DNA of 64,000 bases from an uncultured Chloroflexia bacterium. Its GTDB lineage: Bacteria; Chloroflexota; Limnocylindria; Limnocylindrales; CSP1-4. The translations under genes and the position numbers were made by a program. The DNA is taken from NCBI GenBank assembly GCA_963759135.1, contig CAVWXU010000010.1, positions 32,260 through 96,259 on the forward strand. Reading direction: 5' to 3'. Below, in pieces: positions 39,742 to 51,151 of this stretch. Numbering within the stretch: position 1 is the stretch's first letter; every line of letters begins with the position of its first letter. A model generated the notes under the pieces. That model did no database searches, was not told the origin of the DNA, and worked only from the letters and a program-made list of their open reading frames with translations.

Positions 39742-39900
39742 TCGCCCAGCGTACTGGTTTGCGGCCGACCCCTCTCTGAGGGTCGTCGTCGCGTCGGAAT
39801 GGCGGGGTGCCGCAAGCCTGACGCCCGATCTCCCCGTCGCTGCCACTGCAGCGCCTTGCTCTTGGCAGAGACAGTATTATGCTTGCAACAAGATGTTGGT

Positions 39901-39924
39901 TGTGACACTCTTACAAGTGTCACA
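39901..39924. promoter_or_regulatory. perfect inverted repeat TGTGACACT-N6-AGTGTCACA (candidate TetR operator)
   Basis: Sits in an AT-rich island 32 nt upstream of the MFS start. A TetR gene follows the MFS gene. Confidence 0.55.
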
Positions 39925-39955
39925 TTCATCAGCGCTGTTCACCGGAGGTCGCGCC

Positions 39956-41506
39956 ATGGCTGAGAGGGGAGCCCGCCGCTGGTGGGCGCTCGGTGGGATC
40001 ACCCTGGCCGTACTGGCCGTCACCCTCGACGTCACCGTGCTCACCGTCGCCCTGCCGACGCTTGCGGGTGCCCTGAAGGCGTCGGAGTCGGAGCTCCAGT
40101 GGTTCGTCACGGCGTACACGCTGGCACTCGTGGCGGGAATGCTCCCGGCCGGGCTCCTGGGCGATCGGTACGGACGCAAGGCCGTCATGGTCGGGGCGCT
40201 CGCCCTGTTTGCCGTCGGATCGGTCGCGTGCGCCCTGGCGCCGAACCCGACGGTGTTCATCGCCGCTCGCGTGGTCCTCGGGCTGGCCGGCGCGGCGCTC
40301 ATCGTCCTGGCGCTCTCGATCGTCACGGTGCTGTTCGACGAGGCTGAGCGGCCGAGGGCGATCGGCATCTGGGGCGCGGCCAACTTCATCGGCCTGCCCT
40401 TGGGTCCGATCATCGGCGGCTGGATGCTCACGCACGTCTGGTGGGGCTGGATCTTCCTCATGAACGTGCCGGTGGCCCTGCTCGGCCTTGTCGCGCTGCT
40501 GGCGCTGGTGCCGGAGTCGCGGTCGGCCGAGCGACCCGGCATCGACATCGTCGGCATCCTGCTCTCCAGCGCCGGGCTCGTGTCCCTGATGTACGGCGTT
40601 GTCGAGGCCGGGGACAACGGCTGGGGAAGCGCGAGCGCGGTTGCGCCGGCGGTCGTCGGGCTCCTGGTCCTCGCCCTGTTCGTGCTCTGGGAGCGCCGGC
40701 TCACGGCGCGGCCGGGCGGGCAGCCGCTCGTGGACCTGTCGCTCTTCCGATCCCAGAGCTTCACCTGGGGCATGGTCCTCACGGCGGTCGGCGTGTTCGG
40801 GCTGTTCGGGGTCCTGTTCGCGCTGCCGCAGTACTTCCAGGCCATCATGGGTCTCGACCCGCAGGGCTCCGGCTTCCGACTCCTGCCCGTGATTGCCGGG
40901 CTCATCCTCGGCGCCGTTCCGGCCGACCGGGTGGCGGCGCGCCTGGGGGCAAAGCTCACGGTCGCGGCCGGGTTCGCGGTCGTGGTCGTCGGGCTGGCCG
41001 TCGGCACCACGATGACCGCGGCGAGCGGCGACCCGTTCATGGCGGCCTGGACGTTTGTGGCCGGCGCCGGGGCCGGCCTCGGATTCGCCACCGCCGCCTC
41101 GACTGCGCTGGTGGAGCTGTCTGCCGAGCGCGCTGGCGTCGGATCCGCGCTGCTGCAGGCGGTCGTCAAGCTCGGGCCGGCGTTCGGCGCGTCGATCCTG
41201 GGCAGCGTGCTCAACTCCACGTACCAGGGCCACGTGCTCGTGGCCGGTCTGCCTGCGCAGGCCGCCGCCGCGGTGCAGGGCAGCGTCTTCGGCGGCATCG
41301 CGGTCGCGCGTCAGGTCGGCTCGCCGGCTCTGCTCGCATCGGTCCAGGCGGCGTTCGTCGCCGGGATGGACGACGCCATACGGGTGGCGGCCGTCGCAGC
41401 CCTTGCGGGTGCCGGGCTCGCGCTCGTCCTGCTGCCGGCCCACAAGCCGGCCGGGCAGCCGCTGGATGCTCCGCTGGCGCAGCCGGGCGGCGTTCGCATG
41501 AGGTAG
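39956..41506 (+). CDS. MFS transporter, DHA2/EmrB-type (14 TM)
   Basis: MAERGARRWWALGGITLAVLAVTLDVTVLTVALPT ... LGDRYGRK. The track ORF's upstream 212 aa are antisense to cinA. Confidence 0.9.
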   Translation: MAERGARRWWALGGITLAVLAVTLDVTVLTVALPTLAGALKASESELQWFVTAYTLALVAGMLPAGLLGDRYGRKAVMVGALALFAVGSVACALAPNPTVFIAARVVLGLAGAALIVLALSIVTVLFDEAERPRAIGIWGAANFIGLPLGPIIGGWMLTHVWWGWIFLMNVPVALLGLVALLALVPESRSAERPGIDIVGILLSSAGLVSLMYGVVEAGDNGWGSASAVAPAVVGLLVLALFVLWERRLTARPGGQPLVDLSLFRSQSFTWGMVLTAVGVFGLFGVLFALPQYFQAIMGLDPQGSGFRLLPVIAGLILGAVPADRVAARLGAKLTVAAGFAVVVVGLAVGTTMTAASGDPFMAAWTFVAGAGAGLGFATAASTALVELSAERAGVGSALLQAVVKLGPAFGASILGSVLNSTYQGHVLVAGLPAQAAAAVQGSVFGGIAVARQVGSPALLASVQAAFVAGMDDAIRVAAVAALAGAGLALVLLPAHKPAGQPLDAPLAQPGGVRMR

Positions 41507-41567
41507 AGGATGGACGCTGAAGCGAGGTGAGGGCCGCGCCGGCGCGGCCATCGCGAGGAGTGAAACC

Positions 41568-42179
41568 GTGGACACGACGCAAACCGACGACCCACCACGT
41601 CCGGGCCTGCGCGAGCGCAAGAAGGCCAGGACCCGCTCCCTGATCCAGGAGCACGCCCTGCGCCTCTTCTGCGAGCAGGGCTACGACGAGACGTCGATCG
41701 AGCAGATCGCGGAGGCGGCGGAGGTTTCGCCGTCCACCGTGTTCCGGTATTTCCCCACCAAACCCGATCTCGTCATCTACGACGACCTCGACGAGCGGAT
41801 GATCGAGGCGTTCAGGGCGCAACCGCCCGGGCTGAATGCGGTCCAGGCCCTGCGTGCCGTGTTCCGCTCCGCCTTCGGCGGGCTGGCCGGCGAGGAGCTG
41901 GCGCAGCAGCGCGAACGGGAGGCGCTGATGCGAACGGTGCCGGAACTGCGGTCGGCGATGCTCGGTGAGCTCGCCCGAACGCTGAACGAGATCGCGGACC
42001 TGGTGGCCGAGCGTACGCACCGTCCCGCAGACGACGACGCCGTCCTGGCGCTCGCCGGCGCGGTGATCGGCCTGGCCATCGCGGCGTGGTTCGCGGGAGA
42101 TGAGGACGACTGGGTGCCGCGGTTCCTCGCGCGCGTCGACGCGGGCATGGCGTTGCTGGAGTCAGGCTTCGCGCTGTAG
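41568..42179 (+). CDS. TetR/AcrR family transcriptional regulator
   Basis: RKKARTRSLIQEHALRLFCEQGYDETSIEQIAEAAEVSPSTVFRYFPTK. Confidence 0.9.
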   Translation: MDTTQTDDPPRPGLRERKKARTRSLIQEHALRLFCEQGYDETSIEQIAEAAEVSPSTVFRYFPTKPDLVIYDDLDERMIEAFRAQPPGLNAVQALRAVFRSAFGGLAGEELAQQREREALMRTVPELRSAMLGELARTLNEIADLVAERTHRPADDDAVLALAGAVIGLAIAAWFAGDEDDWVPRFLARVDAGMALLESGFAL

Positions 42180-42188
42180 GGCTCCGGA

Positions 42189-43559
42189 TCAGGCCAGGAG
42201 CTCGGCCGTCGCCTCGACGAGCGTGTCGTCGAGCCGTTCGAGCAGCTCGTCGCATCCTGCCTCGCTGAGGATGAGGGGCGGTGCGATGAGCAGCCAGTCG
42301 CCGAAGAGGCCGCCGTTCTGACGGCGGGCATACAGGAGCAGGCCGTGGCGGGCGCCGATGCGCCGGCAGCGATCGGCCGGGTCGACGTCGGGGCCGAAAC
42401 GGGCCTGGGTGGCCCTGTCGGCGACGAGTTCGATGGCCTGGAGGAGGCCGAGGCCGCGCACGTCGCCCACCAGCGACGATCGGGTTGCCAGCGCCTCGAG
42501 GCCGGCGCGCAGGCGCCGGCCGACCCGCGCGGCATTGCCCACGAGGTCCCGCTCGGTGACCTCGTCGAGCACGGCGGAGGCGGCGGCGCAACCGATGGGG
42601 TTCGCATTGGCCGAGTGCGACAGGTTGAAGCCGTCGGCTGTCGCGAGCTCGTCGACCAGGCGGGCGGGCGCGAGCACCGCGCCGATCGGCGCGTAGCCGG
42701 CCCCCAGTCCCTTGGCCAGCACGGCCAGGTCGGGCAGGGCGTCGGGCTGCCAGTGGGCGGCCAGGAAGCGGCCCGTGCGGAAGGCCGAGACGATCTCGTC
42801 GAACACGAGGAAGACCCCGTAACGCGAGCAGATGGCGCGCACCGCGGGCGCGAAGCTCGGATGCGGCACGTTCGCCCCGCTGGCCTGTCCGCCCACCGGC
42901 TCCATGACGAAGGCGAGCACCCGCTCGGGCCCGACTCGCAGGATCGCCTCCTCGAGCGCCGCGGCGCTGGCCTGCGCGGCCGCCTCGGGGCTCGGCGCGC
43001 GATACGTGAGGGGCGCCTGCACCTTCTCGGAGAACGTCGCCAGCCGGCCGTACACCGCCGGCGTGCCGATGTCGCCGCCGAGTGCGATGGTCTGGAGGGT
43101 CGCCCCGTGGTACGAGGGCAGCAGGCTGATGACGACGTCGCGCGCGGGCTGCCCGCCGGACACCACGTACTGGCGCAGGAACTTGACGGCCATCTCGACC
43201 GCTTCCGATCCGCTCGAGGAGAGGTGCACGCGCTCAAAGCCGGGACCGGCGAGCTCCGAGAGCTGCGCGGTCAGCCGCAGGTTGGCCTCGTGCCGCGTGT
43301 TCTTGACGTAGCAGTAGGTCAGTCGCCGGCCCTGCGCGAGCATCGCCCCCAGGACCCGCTCGTTGCCCTGGCCGAGGTTCGCGAGAAAGGCGCCCGAGGC
43401 GACGTCAAGGTAGCGGTTCCCTTTGTCGTCCCACAGGTAGATCCCTTCGCCTCGCACCATGAGGGGCATCTCCTGCGTGGATCTCGTGGCATAGAAGAGA
43501 TCCTGCGGTCCGCCACGCGCGGGTCGCCCTCGAGCCTGCGGCAGGCCACTCACCGACAC
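42189..43559 (-). CDS. class-III (omega/acetylornithine-type) aminotransferase
   Basis: GTG 43559 follows GGGAGGGAG. Sequence VRGEGIYLWDDKGNRYLDVASG ... SGSEAVE ... FDEIVSAFRTGR ... LAKGLGAGYAPIG. Confidence 0.85.
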   Translation of the reverse strand: MSVSGLPQARGRPARGGPQDLFYATRSTQEMPLMVRGEGIYLWDDKGNRYLDVASGAFLANLGQGNERVLGAMLAQGRRLTYCYVKNTRHEANLRLTAQLSELAGPGFERVHLSSSGSEAVEMAVKFLRQYVVSGGQPARDVVISLLPSYHGATLQTIALGGDIGTPAVYGRLATFSEKVQAPLTYRAPSPEAAAQASAAALEEAILRVGPERVLAFVMEPVGGQASGANVPHPSFAPAVRAICSRYGVFLVFDEIVSAFRTGRFLAAHWQPDALPDLAVLAKGLGAGYAPIGAVLAPARLVDELATADGFNLSHSANANPIGCAAASAVLDEVTERDLVGNAARVGRRLRAGLEALATRSSLVGDVRGLGLLQAIELVADRATQARFGPDVDPADRCRRIGARHGLLLYARRQNGGLFGDWLLIAPPLILSEAGCDELLERLDDTLVEATAELLA

Positions 43560-43894
43560 CGCACTCCCTCCCGGAGCGATCGAGTCCGACGCGGCAACGC
43601 GTCGCGTCCGCACGGTCCGCGGAGATCGACCCGTCCGCCTCGCGCGCATCCTCGTGCGGATGACGGCGCCAAGTAAGGGCCATTCGGGCCCGGCGGGCCG
43701 CTCGGTCAGCCTGCCCGTCGTGGCCCCCTTCGTCTGGTAGGGAGCCACCGCCGGGACCACGATCCGCTCTGGTGCGCAGGCCGGATCCACGATGCGAACG
43801 TTGTTGAGTCCTTGTTGAGGGGTCGGGCGAGGCTCGGGGTGCCGGACCTCTTGGTGCCCCGTCGCACGCTTGCCTCGTGGATCGCACCGACAAG

Positions 43895-44132
43895 ATGGAC
43901 ACCCACGCAGTCGAGGATCGCCTGGGCGCCGAGCTCGGCGACGTCCGGGCTGCGATCGCACTCGTCGCGCAGGGTTCCGCCAGCCGGGTCGCGGTCAGCG
44001 GCCTGACGTTCGGCGAGCAGGTGCTGGCGCGGCTGGCGCCCGAGGCGCGCAGTGGCCGGCGTGGACCTCATCCCGTCGTGGTGGCCCGACGATGCGGGGT
44101 GCGACCTCACCGTGCGCCGCGTCGATGGCTGA
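43895..44132 (+). pseudogene. possible small ORF (about 79 aa) overlapping the receiver gene start; needs one frame change near 44045
   Basis: MDTHAVEDRLGAELGDVRAAIALVAQGSASRVAVSGLTFGEQVLARLAPEA is in one frame. ...AVAGVDLIPSWWPDDAGCDLTVRRVDG-TGA is in the next frame and ends 8 nt into the receiver gene. No domain recognised. Confidence 0.2.
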
Positions 44133-44529
44133 ACATGAGGTCCCGCGGATCCTGCTCGTCGAGGATGACGAGCCGTTCGCCGCGGCCATCGGGCGGTACC
44201 TGCGCGCCCGAGGCTATGCGCTGCAGCTCGTGCAGTCGGCCGAGGACGCACGCGCGGCGCTCGCCGCACCCTCGCGTGCATCGCTCGTGATCCTGGACAT
44301 CAACCTGCCCGGGGAGAGCGGGTGGTCGCTCCTGCGAGGGCCGGAATACGCGGCCGCGGGCCGCCCGCCCGTGGTGGTGATGACGGCGACGCACGTGCAC
44401 AGCTCGTGGCTGCGCGAGTTCGGGGTGGCCGGGTACCTGCCCAAGCCGTTCGCCATGGAGACGCTGCTGGCCACGATCGAACGCGCGACCGGCGCGGCGC
44501 ACGCGCTCCCCGGTGGGACGGCCGAGTGA
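44125..44529 (+). CDS. single-domain (CheY-like) response regulator
   Basis: RILLVEDDEPF ... LVILDINLPGESG ... VVVMTAT ... YLPKPF, with no output domain. It lies directly upstream of the kdp genes. Confidence 0.8.
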   Translation: MAEHEVPRILLVEDDEPFAAAIGRYLRARGYALQLVQSAEDARAALAAPSRASLVILDINLPGESGWSLLRGPEYAAAGRPPVVVMTATHVHSSWLREFGVAGYLPKPFAMETLLATIERATGAAHALPGGTAE

Positions 44530-44543
44530 AGGAGACATCAACG

Positions 44544-44633
44544 TTGGGTGATCTGGCGATGGTGGGCCTGATGGCGGCCTGGGCCGCCATGTTCGCGGCT
44601 TACATCTGGCTCTGTCGGAGGCTCCTCGGATGA
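44544..44633 (+). CDS. 29-aa hydrophobic micropeptide ORF, translationally coupled to kdpF
   Basis: AAGGAGA (about 44530-44536) precedes TTG 44544 by 7 nt. Sequence (M)[28 protein letters not shown]. Its TGA overlaps the kdpF ATG (ATGA). Confidence 0.45.
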   Translation: MGDLAMVGLMAAWAAMFAAYIWLCRRLLG

Positions 44634-44719
44634 CCCTCCAGGACCTGGTGGGCGGCGTGATCGTCCTTCTCCTCGCCCTCTATCTCCTCTACACGCTGCT
44701 GGCGCCCGAGAAGTTCTGA
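44630..44719 (+). CDS. kdpF: K+-transporting ATPase subunit F
   Basis: [29 protein letters not shown]: 29 aa, single TM, KdpF-like C-terminal PEKF, ending 4 nt before kdpA. Too short for the ORF track. Confidence 0.75.
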   Translation: MTLQDLVGGVIVLLLALYLLYTLLAPEKF

Positions 44720-44723
44720 AACG

Positions 44724-46437
44724 ATGTCCGACCTTCCGGCCCTCCTCCAGGGCCTGGCGCTGCTGGGCGCCATCCTCCTCGCCACCCGCCCGCTGGGTGG
44801 CTACATCCGTCGCGTCATGGACGGCGAGCGGACGTTCCTGTCGCCCGTGTTCGTCCCCGTGGAGCGGGGCGTGTACCGCGTCCTGCGTGTCGACCCGGCC
44901 GTCGAACAGCCCTGGACCAGCTATGCCGTGTCTGTGCTCGTCTTCGCGTTCGTCGGGATCTTCGTCCTGTACGTGCAGCAGCGCATTCAGAACGTGCTGC
45001 CGCTCAACCCGACCGGGTTCGGGGCCGTGCCGTCCCAGCTTTCGTTCAACACGGCGGTGAGCTTCGAGACCAACACGAACTGGCAGAACTACTCGGGCGA
45101 GAACACCATGAGCTACCTGACCCAGATGGCCGGGCTCGCGGTGCGGAACTTCACCTCGGCGGCCATGGGCCTCGTGGTCGCCGTCGCCCTCGCGCGCGGC
45201 CTCGTGCGCCGCTCCGCGACGACGATCGGCAACTTCTGGGTCGACGTCACCCGCTGCACCCTGTACATCCTGATCCCCATCGCGTTCGTCGCGGCGATCG
45301 TGCTCGTCTCGCAGGGCGTGGTGCAGACCTTCAACAACTCGACCACGGTGACCACGCTGCAGGGGGCCCACCAGACCATCACGGTCGGTCCGTTCGCCTC
45401 CCAGGAGTCGATCAAGGAGCTGGGCAACAACGGTGGCGGGCCCTTCAACGCGAACTCGGCGCACCCCTTCGAGAACCCGAACGGCCTGACGAACTGGGTC
45501 GAGATGTTCCTGATCCTGCTCATCCCCTTCGCCCTCACCAACACGTTCGGGCGCATGACCGGGGACGAGCGGCAGGGATGGGCGCTCTTCGCGGCCATGA
45601 TGGTCATCCTCATCGTCGCGATCGGTGTCGCCACGGCCAGCGAGGTACGGGCCAACCCGCTCTTCCCGAGCCAGGTCAGCGCCGCCTTGGGCAACATGGA
45701 GGGCAAGGAGGTCCGCTTCGGGGCGGCCACCAGCGCCCTCTTCGCCTCGGCGACCACCGGCACGAGCACGGGCGCGGTCATCGCCATGCACGACAGCTTC
45801 CTGCCCATCGGCGGGCTCGTCCCGCTCGCGCTGATCCAGCTCGGCGAGATCACGCCCGGGGGCATCGGCGCCGGTCTCTACGGCCACATCGTCTTCGGCG
45901 CCATCCTGGCCGTGTTCATCGCCGGCCTGATGGTGGGCCGCACGCCCGAGTACCTCGGCAAGAAGATCGAGTCGTTCGAGGTCAAGATGGCGATGCTGGC
46001 CGTCCTGGCCATGGCCGCGAGCATCCTCGTCTTCACCGCCATCGCGACGGCCACCTCGGCGGGCCTGGCCGGGCCGCTGAATGCGGGTCCCCACGGCTTC
46101 ACCGAGATCCTCTACTGCGTTCTCGAGCCAGACCGGCAACAACGGCTCGGCGTTCGCCGGGCTCGCCGGCAACACGCCCTTCTACAACCTGGCCGGCGCG
46201 TTCGCCATGCTCGTCGGGCGGTTCGCCGAGATCATCCCTGCGCTCGCCATCGCCGGGTCGATGGCCCAGAAGAGGGCCGTGGCGCCGTCGCTGGGGACCT
46301 TCCCGACGACCGGCGTCCTGTGGGTCGGACTGCTCCTCGGGGTGATCGTCATCGTGGGTGCTCTCACCTTCTTCCCGGCGGACGCGTTGGGTCCGGTCGT
46401 GGAGGAGCTCCTCATGCATGCCGGGAAGGTGTTCTAG
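44724..46437 (+). pseudogene. kdpA: K+-transporting ATPase subunit A, single frameshift at about 46116
   Basis: KdpA sequence runs to ...[10 protein letters not shown], then continues in ORF 46081..46437 ([24 protein letters not shown]...). Because of the shift, the track shows an artificial 1300-aa KdpA-KdpB read-through. Confidence 0.9.
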
Positions 46438-46439
46438 CC

Positions 46440-48626
<2,187 letters not shown>

Positions 48627-48638
48627 GAGCGACGAACG

Positions 48639-49235
48639 ATGCGCACGTTCCTCCGCACCCAGCTCTGGCCGGCGATCGCCCTCCTCGCGCTCCTGACCGT
48701 GATCACCGGGTTCGCGTACCCCGCCGCGGTCACCGCCGTGGCGCAGGTCGCGTTTCCCACGCAGGCCAACGGCTCGTTCCTCGTCGTCGACGGGAAGACG
48801 GTGGGCTCGTCGCTGATCGGGCAGTACTTCGACGGGCCGACCTACTTCTGGGGTCGTCCGTCCGCCGCCGGCGTGACGGCCTCGAACCCGGACGGCTACG
48901 ACGCGACGAGCTCGGGCGGCTCGAACCTCGGCCCGACGTCGAAGGCGCTCATCGACGCCGTGACGCAGCGAGTCGACGCGCTCCGCAAGGCGAACGGCAA
49001 CGCCCCGATCCCGGTCGACCTCGTCACCGCATCGGCCTCTGGCCTCGACCCCGACATCAGCCCTGCGGCCGCGGCCTACCAGGTGCCACGCGTGGCGAAG
49101 GCGCGCAAGATGTCCGATGCCCAGGTGCAGGCCGTGGTCGACCGCTACACGCAGGGCCCCGCACTGGGGTTCCTGGGGGCCGCGAACGTCAACGTGCTCG
49201 AGGTCAATCTCGCCCTCGATGGGTTGCTGAGATGA
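48639..49235 (+). CDS. kdpC: K+-transporting ATPase subunit C
   Basis: N-terminal TM, then GSSLIGQ, SGGSNLGPTS, ASGLDPDISP. Confidence 0.9.
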   Translation: MRTFLRTQLWPAIALLALLTVITGFAYPAAVTAVAQVAFPTQANGSFLVVDGKTVGSSLIGQYFDGPTYFWGRPSAAGVTASNPDGYDATSSGGSNLGPTSKALIDAVTQRVDALRKANGNAPIPVDLVTASASGLDPDISPAAAAYQVPRVAKARKMSDAQVQAVVDRYTQGPALGFLGAANVNVLEVNLALDGLLR

Positions 49236-49278
49236 CGGCGCCGGCACGTGTCACGGCGGGCCGAAAGGGGTGGCACGG

Positions 49279-50468
49279 ATGACGGCGCACCGGGAGGATG
49301 CCGAGCGGCCGACCGCGGAGGAAATGCTGGCGCGAGTACAGGCAGAGCAGCCGGGGACGCGCGGCCGCCTCCGCGTGTACCTGGGCATGGCTCCCGGGGT
49401 CGGCAAGACCTACCGCATGCTCGAGGAGGCGCATCGCCGGCGCGATCGCGGGACCGATGTCGTGGTCGGCTTCGTCGAGACGTACGGTCGGCGACATACA
49501 GCGGCGCTGCTCGACGGCCTTGAGGCCGTACCCCGGGCGCGAATCGAGTACCGGGGCGTCGTGGTCGAGGAGATGGACCCTCAGGCCGTGATGGAGCGCC
49601 GATCCGTTCGTGGCACTGATCGACGAGCTGGCGCACACGAACGTGCCAGGCTCGCCCCGCGAGAAGCGCTGGCAGGATGTCGAGTTGATCCTGGACGCCG
49701 GGATCCATGTCATCAGCACGTGCAATGTCCAGCACGTGGAGTCCGTTGCGGAGGCGGTGGAGACCATCCTGGGCGTTCCGGTCCACGAGCGCGTGCCCGA
49801 CGCAGTCGTGCGGGCTGCGGACGAGATCGAGCTCGTGGACATGAGCCCGCACGCCCTCCGACAGCGCATGCGCCACGGCAACGTCTATCCCCCGGACCGC
49901 GCGACGATAGCCCTCGAGCGGTTCTTCACGGAGCCGAACCTGGCGGCGCTGCGCGATCTGAGTCTGCGGTTCGTGGCCGGGGAGGTCGACGAGGAGCTCG
50001 AAGAACTCGTATCCGAACGCGGGCTGCGGGCACTGCCGGCTGTCAGCGAGCGGGTGCTCGTCGTGCTCGACGGCCGCCCGGCGTGCCGGCGCGCCGTGCG
50101 CCGCGGGGCGGCGCTGGCGGGGGTCCTGCACGTGCCGCTGATCGCGGCCGCCGTGGAGACGCCGGCGGTCGGCGCTGTCGCGCGACCGGCGACAGGACCT
50201 GCAGGAGAACGTCGACTACGCGGTCGACCTCGGCGCGGAGATCGTGCGCCAGGAGGCCCCCGACCTCGTGGCCGGACTCGTCGCCATCGCCCGCTCACGA
50301 CGCGTCGCCCATCTCGTGCTGGTGCATGAGCCGCGGACGGCCGTCGACCGCCTCATCCGGCGCTCGGTGATCGACCGGCTCCTGGCGCTCCTGCCCGGCG
50401 TGGAGATCCACCTCCTCGCGGCCGAACAGCCCGAGGTGGCGAGCGCTCAGCGATCCACCACGCGGTAG
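49279..50468 (+). pseudogene. kdpD: KdpD N-terminal sensor domain plus Usp domain, no kinase; two frameshifts (about 49597 and about 50175)
   Basis: GMAPGVGKTYRMLEEA ... (shift) ALIDELAHTNVPGSPREKRWQDVELILDAGIHVISTCNVQHVES ... (shift) DLQENVDYAVDLGAEIV ... VAHLVLV. The pieces lie in ORFs 49270.., 49610.. and 50244..50468. Confidence 0.8.
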
Positions 50469-51151
50469 CCGACACCGGGGTCCGCCTCGATGATGCGTCC
50501 GGCCGCACCGGTCGGATCGGCTTGCGCGAGCTTGCGACGGAGGCGGCTGACGTACACGTGGAGGTAATGCGCCTCCTCGGCATAGGCGGCACCCCAGACG
50601 CTCCGCAGCAGCCGCTGCCTGGTCACGACCCGGCCCGGCTGCGCCATGAGCACCTTGAGGAGCTCGTACTCGCGGGCGGTCAGCTGGACCGGACGATCGG
50701 CCACGCGGACCTCGCGTCGTGCGACGTCGAGTGAGACCGAGCCGAGCGCCAGCAGGCCGGAGGCATCGGCGGCCGGGCCCGCCGCGCGACGCAGGACGGC
50801 GCGGACGCGGGCATGCAGCTCCGCGGTGCCGAAGGGCTTGGTGAGATAGTCGTCGGCGCCTGCCTCGAGTGCCGCCACCTTGTCGCGTTCCTCTCCCCGT
50901 GCCGACAGGATGACGATCGGCGTCGTCGCGTCTCGGCGCATCCGGCGCACGACCTCTCCGCCGTCGAGATCGGGCAGGCCGAGGTCGAGCAGCACCAGGT
51001 CGGGCCGGTGCGCATCCCACAGCCGCAGCGCGTCGAGTGCGTCCCCCGCCTGGTCGACGCTGTAGCCGTGCTTCTCGAGGAATGTCGCGACGGCCCGCCG
51101 GGTCGGGACGTCGTCCTCCACCAGCAGCAGCCTGACGCCGGCGGGGCTCAC
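50447..51151 (-). CDS. kdpE: OmpR-family response regulator KdpE
   Basis: LLLVEDD ... LLDLGLPDLDG ... YLTKPF ... REYELLKVLMAQPGRVVTRQRLL. Its 3' end overlaps the kdpD-N 3' end by 22 bp (convergent). Confidence 0.85.
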   Translation of the reverse strand: MSPAGVRLLLVEDDVPTRRAVATFLEKHGYSVDQAGDALDALRLWDAHRPDLVLLDLGLPDLDGGEVVRRMRRDATTPIVILSARGEERDKVAALEAGADDYLTKPFGTAELHARVRAVLRRAAGPAADASGLLALGSVSLDVARREVRVADRPVQLTAREYELLKVLMAQPGRVVTRQRLLRSVWGAAYAEEAHYLHVYVSRLRRKLAQADPTGAAGRIIEADPGVGYRVVDR

